A DNA stretch of 64,000 bases from Phallusia mammillata (lineage: Eukaryota). The DNA lies in the NCBI GenBank assembly GCA_965637545.1, contig OZ281496.1, positions 11,904,001 to 11,968,000 of the forward strand. Reading direction: 5' to 3'. Positions 60,266 to 64,000 of this stretch are shown in pieces. The position numbers were made by a program, and so were the translations under genes. A model generated the notes under the pieces. It was not told where the DNA came from and searched no databases. It saw nothing but the letters and a program-made list of their open reading frames with translations. Within the stretch, counting starts at the first letter, position 1. Every line of letters starts with the position of its first letter.

Positions 60266-62834
60266 CAGGGGTTCTTAACCTTTTTCTTTCATTACCCACT
60301 TCCGCTACTTAATAAACCTATATTCCCCACATACTTTTAAAACTGACTGAAAAATCAAAATGAATCCTAGTGACCTGTGTGACATATCCCAAAGCACAAT
60401 GGTATTTAACAAAAAGAACAATTTCAATGAGAAGAATAACATTAAAGAACGTTTACGTAGTTTCAAACAACGTCAATGCGATTTTTGTTCTTGCTTTTCA
60501 GCGACGATCAAGTCAATGTCAGGCTCTATTTTTGAGATTGCACAACGCAAATCTGATTCCAGATTTAACATTGTGTTTCGTGCTTTTGTTTTTATGGTGA
60601 CAACGTTTGAAAATGCTGATTCACACAGGTATGTTGATGAGAAAGCAGTCAGCAATGATAATGGTTTTGCAGCAACTTTTGGGTATGTATTCATCATAAT
60701 TGCCCAAAATTTATCCAAGGTATTATCTTCAAATGAAGCTTTGGCAGCTGAATCATGAATCAATTCCAAAAACTGTTCTTGTGTGTTTTCTTCATCCTCT
60801 TGAACACCTGCAACAGGGAATCGAAATGGATTCTTTGTTAATGCCATTACTGGAGTGTCAGCTTCAATGGATGGAAAATAACGATGAAATTCAGAAATAA
60901 GCTTGTCAAAATGTTCAACAACGTCACCTTGAATAACGGAACAAATACCATTCATTCCAATCATTTTATGTAAAGTTGGAAATGCCGCAACACTACGACC
61001 ACTCTGTATTTTCCCTTTCCACAATTCCAGCTTTGCAATCAATGCAGCTATCTTGTCCCGTTGTACAATTATGTTCGAACCCACTCCTTGTAACTTGCGA
61101 TTTAGTTCATTCAAATGACCGAATATGTCTGCAAGATATGCCAATCTCTTCTGAAATATATTGTCAGTAATAATCGACTTCAATTCTATTTTCTTTTGAA
61201 TTTCAAGAAATTCAATAACCTCTTGCAGTAAAAGCACAAGGCGATTTAACATGTTTCCCTTGGAAAGCCAGCGAACAGAAGTATGATACAGCAAATTTTG
61301 ATGTTCTGATTCCATGTCCTTACATAGTTTTCGGAAGAGCCGGGTATTCAATGCACTCGCTTTTATGTAGTTTATGATCTTGATTGAAGAATCCAATGTT
61401 TTCTTGAGTGCCTCAGGCATTGTCCTTGAGGCCAATGCCTCTCGATGTATGGTGCAGTGCGTCGCAATAATAAATGGATTCTTCCTTTTCACCAGTTCAA
61501 CAAAACCACACCGCGCACCCAACATAGCAGGTGCCCCATCTGTGCATACACCACCGAGTTTATCCCAATCCAATTTTTCAGTCTCAAAAAATTCTTCCAC
61601 CAGTTTGAGCACATCGCTGGCCTTTGTGGTTGTTTCCAATGGCCGACAAAAAAGAAAGTCCTCCTCAATGGCTTGATTGTGAACATACCGGACAAACACC
61701 ATCAGTTGAGAGAGATTTGCAACGTCAACCGACTCATCGAGCTGAATTGCAAATACAGGTGAAGCTTTGATATTAGCGATGAGTTTAGATTTGATACTGC
61801 ATGCCATATCATCAATGCGTGACTTAACAGTGTCATTGGACAAGGACACCTGCTTAACCTTGGAAACAGCATTTGAGCCAAGCAAAATATTAGCACACGC
61901 TACGAGACACGGCTTTATCAGTGTCTCGCCGATGTTATGTGGCTTTTTGGCTTTTGCCACTTGCAAGGAAACTGCATAAGATGCTGTCAGAATTGCCTTT
62001 GAAGTGGTTTGAAACTGACCGGTAGTATCCAATCGCATTGTCTTTACTTGATTTGCTTTTAGTTCAAAGTAGCTCCGGTTCTTTTCGACTAACTGTGGGT
62101 GGACTTTTAATTGGTGTTGTTTCAGTTGATAGGGCTTCATGGAAGCGTTTGAAAAAGTTTTAAGACATATAACACATTGTGGTAACTGCTCATTACCTTT
62201 ATCCACAAATGTGAATCCAAAATTCAGATAATCATCGTCATATTTTCGTTTAACTTTAGTCATAATGATCAACTAAATCTAGACTAGAGAATCTTTCTAG
62301 AAATCTAGATAACTCCTAGAAATGTAGAATCTACCAGATAACTGCTAAAAGTTATTTACCATAACGTTGCTAGCTTATATCGAGTACAAGTAACCTAATC
62401 CTCACCTAAACAGCTTTCAGAAATCAGAAACTAAACTCCTCGCACCTCGTGGCCAATCGTTGAGCGGTGACAGGTGTCTGTGACGTAACAATGCAACGAG
62501 GATTGCGCCATCAGTAGAAATCGAGGCAAATCGTTACAAATTGTAAAACAGTGCACTAGGACTCGGTGTTTGTTAAAAAAAATTACTTTTGTGACTAACT
62601 AATCAGATTTACTTCCTTGGATATTCGAGTAAAACTTAAAACAATTTCCCACTTCCAGACCAGAAAGAATTTCCCACTGCATGGATATTCAGTAATTTCC
62701 CACTGGTGGGAAATTTCCCAGCGGTTAAGAACCAGTGGAGTACACATGGAACAACAAACCCAACTTCAAATTACCCACTTGAAATCCTCAAATTCCCCAC
62801 TAGTGGGTAATTACCCACCGGTTAAGAACCACTG
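60266..62834 (-). mobile_element. Complete hAT (Buster/ZBED8/SCAND3-like) DNA transposon, 2569 bp
   Basis: 15-bp TIRs CAGGGGTTCTTAACC / GGTTAAGAACCACTG; perfect TSD GTGTAAGG at 60258-60265 and 62835-62842. Confidence 0.95.
60473..62272 (-). CDS. hAT transposase, intact 599 aa
   Basis: BED finger PQCVICLK..LKQHQLKVH, QLDESVD, CTDGAPAM, HCTIHREAL, VRWLSKG, STYLCESAFS. Confidence 0.95.
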   Translation of the reverse strand: MIIMTKVKRKYDDDYLNFGFTFVDKGNEQLPQCVICLKTFSNASMKPYQLKQHQLKVHPQLVEKNRSYFELKANQVKTMRLDTTGQFQTTSKAILTASYAVSLQVAKAKKPHNIGETLIKPCLVACANILLGSNAVSKVKQVSLSNDTVKSRIDDMACSIKSKLIANIKASPVFAIQLDESVDVANLSQLMVFVRYVHNQAIEEDFLFCRPLETTTKASDVLKLVEEFFETEKLDWDKLGGVCTDGAPAMLGARCGFVELVKRKNPFIIATHCTIHREALASRTMPEALKKTLDSSIKIINYIKASALNTRLFRKLCKDMESEHQNLLYHTSVRWLSKGNMLNRLVLLLQEVIEFLEIQKKIELKSIITDNIFQKRLAYLADIFGHLNELNRKLQGVGSNIIVQRDKIAALIAKLELWKGKIQSGRSVAAFPTLHKMIGMNGICSVIQGDVVEHFDKLISEFHRYFPSIEADTPVMALTKNPFRFPVAGVQEDEENTQEQFLELIHDSAAKASFEDNTLDKFWAIMMNTYPKVAAKPLSLLTAFSSTYLCESAFSNVVTIKTKARNTMLNLESDLRCAISKIEPDIDLIVAEKQEQKSH

Positions 62835-64000
62835 GTGTAAGGCTTTCCAGCAACACCAAGATGATACGCAACCTTGTAGGAAGCTTCACAGCAAACATTT
62901 TGAGATTTAACGAAAGCTGACATGCAAGATGTCCGTTGACGTACACGCTTTTTTTTAATTTTCCACGCATTTCTTTCTACACTCGCCTTTCAAGTTTGCA
63001 TAAGGGTGTGATAGATGGCGGCGAAAATGCTTTGCGTTATCGCTTTTCACAGTCTTTACAATATGGCTGCATATTAAACAAACCATGCAGTGTGTGGTAG
63101 TCTCCATTACAAAATAATCACACTCCCATTGGGGATTAAACACTCTTTTCTCTTGCGGGGACGAGCGTGCGCGCCCGTGCTCGCGTGTTATTGTTTGCTT
63201 GAAAGCTCGTTGTTTCTTCTGCTTCTCGTGGCTCGTATCGGTCGTCTGCAGTAGAGAGTAAGTTCATTATTACGATTCTTAACGCTTGCTGCATAGAGCC
63301 GACATGGTCCACAAAAGATCAATTTAGTTCTTGTCTTTTATTCTGGTTACGCAACACACATCGAGTCTCATTTATCTCAAGGAAAGGATACGATGGAAAA
63401 GAGAAAGATCAACGATAAACATTAGCTTTTAAACTGATACTCGTTTTTCGTGCGATCATTCCAGAACAGTACCTTCTTTTACTCACATCAGTTATTAGTT
63501 TGTTTAAGTTAAACGCTTGCAAAGATTTGCAGCGCTGCAATGGATTGCACAACTATTTCGAAACACCCGGTTTACGCAACAGCCTGTCTTATGGACATAT
63601 GAGGAAGACGGGAACATGTAACAACGACACTGAATATGTGCTTCCAATAGTTACTGAATCATGAGAACACATGGAACAGTAAAGTTACACCGCTCGATAC
63701 CATATGTCGCAAAAGCAGCATATAAATTCCATGGAACGAAAAGTCATGGTTGCAAAGTTAAAATTTTCCATTACTTAATGCTTAGCCAAACCAAAGTGTC
63801 AAAATGATGGTTTAAAAGCACGTGCCGGCTACACTCTTCTGCCAATGCTCTTTTCCGTTTGAACGCCATAAAGAACATTTTTCAACTAAAACTGTACCCT
63901 TTATAACTTGTAGGTGTAGCTATAACCAACTGTACACCAGTTCCTCAATCTAACTCTAACAAACCCTTTCTTTGTAACTGTTTATGACGTCAAATATATA

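Larger units (their letters stand above)
59500..63200 (-). mobile_element. Decayed GTF2IRD2-like hAT split by the intact hAT insertion
   Basis: N-terminal FNPQWECDYF..VCLIC at 62955-63143; continuation LSRVTIQRR, LHCIIHQEALC, LAFLVDFLTH at 59500-60257. Confidence 0.8.

Overview
AT-rich eukaryotic genomic DNA with short GT-AG introns. It is most likely a marine invertebrate; an ascidian is my inference from the LDLa-GPCR type, the GAL3ST-like gene and the intron sizes. The window is packed with mobile DNA: many hAT MITEs and fragments, one complete hAT with an intact 599-aa transposase and perfect 8-bp TSD, and Gypsy, Penelope, LINE, pogo and piggyBac remnants. Host genes are a spliced GAL3ST-like sulfotransferase, an LDLa-GPCR pseudogene and kelch pseudo-exons. 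Two things stand out. (1) Two divergent endogenous ssDNA-virus genomes of one lineage, at 2382-5560 (minus, all ORFs open) and ~44990-47641 (plus, decayed). Each pairs a CRESS-like HUH/SF3 Rep with a capsid carrying a parvovirus-type PLA2 domain, in unisense capsid-then-Rep order. Each has two conserved overprinted ORFs, one a 96-aa single-pass membrane protein with PPxY and a C-terminal PDZ-type motif. The intact copy lies between 1.17-kb direct repeats of host DNA and looks like a linearised unit-length ~3.18-kb circle. (2) A 9.46-kb element bounded by ~360-bp TIRs (13494-22950) carries a spliced Merlin transposase, an intact IS3/IS481-type DDE integrase and an intact alpha-kinase domain. 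All homology calls are by motif recognition; no searches were run.
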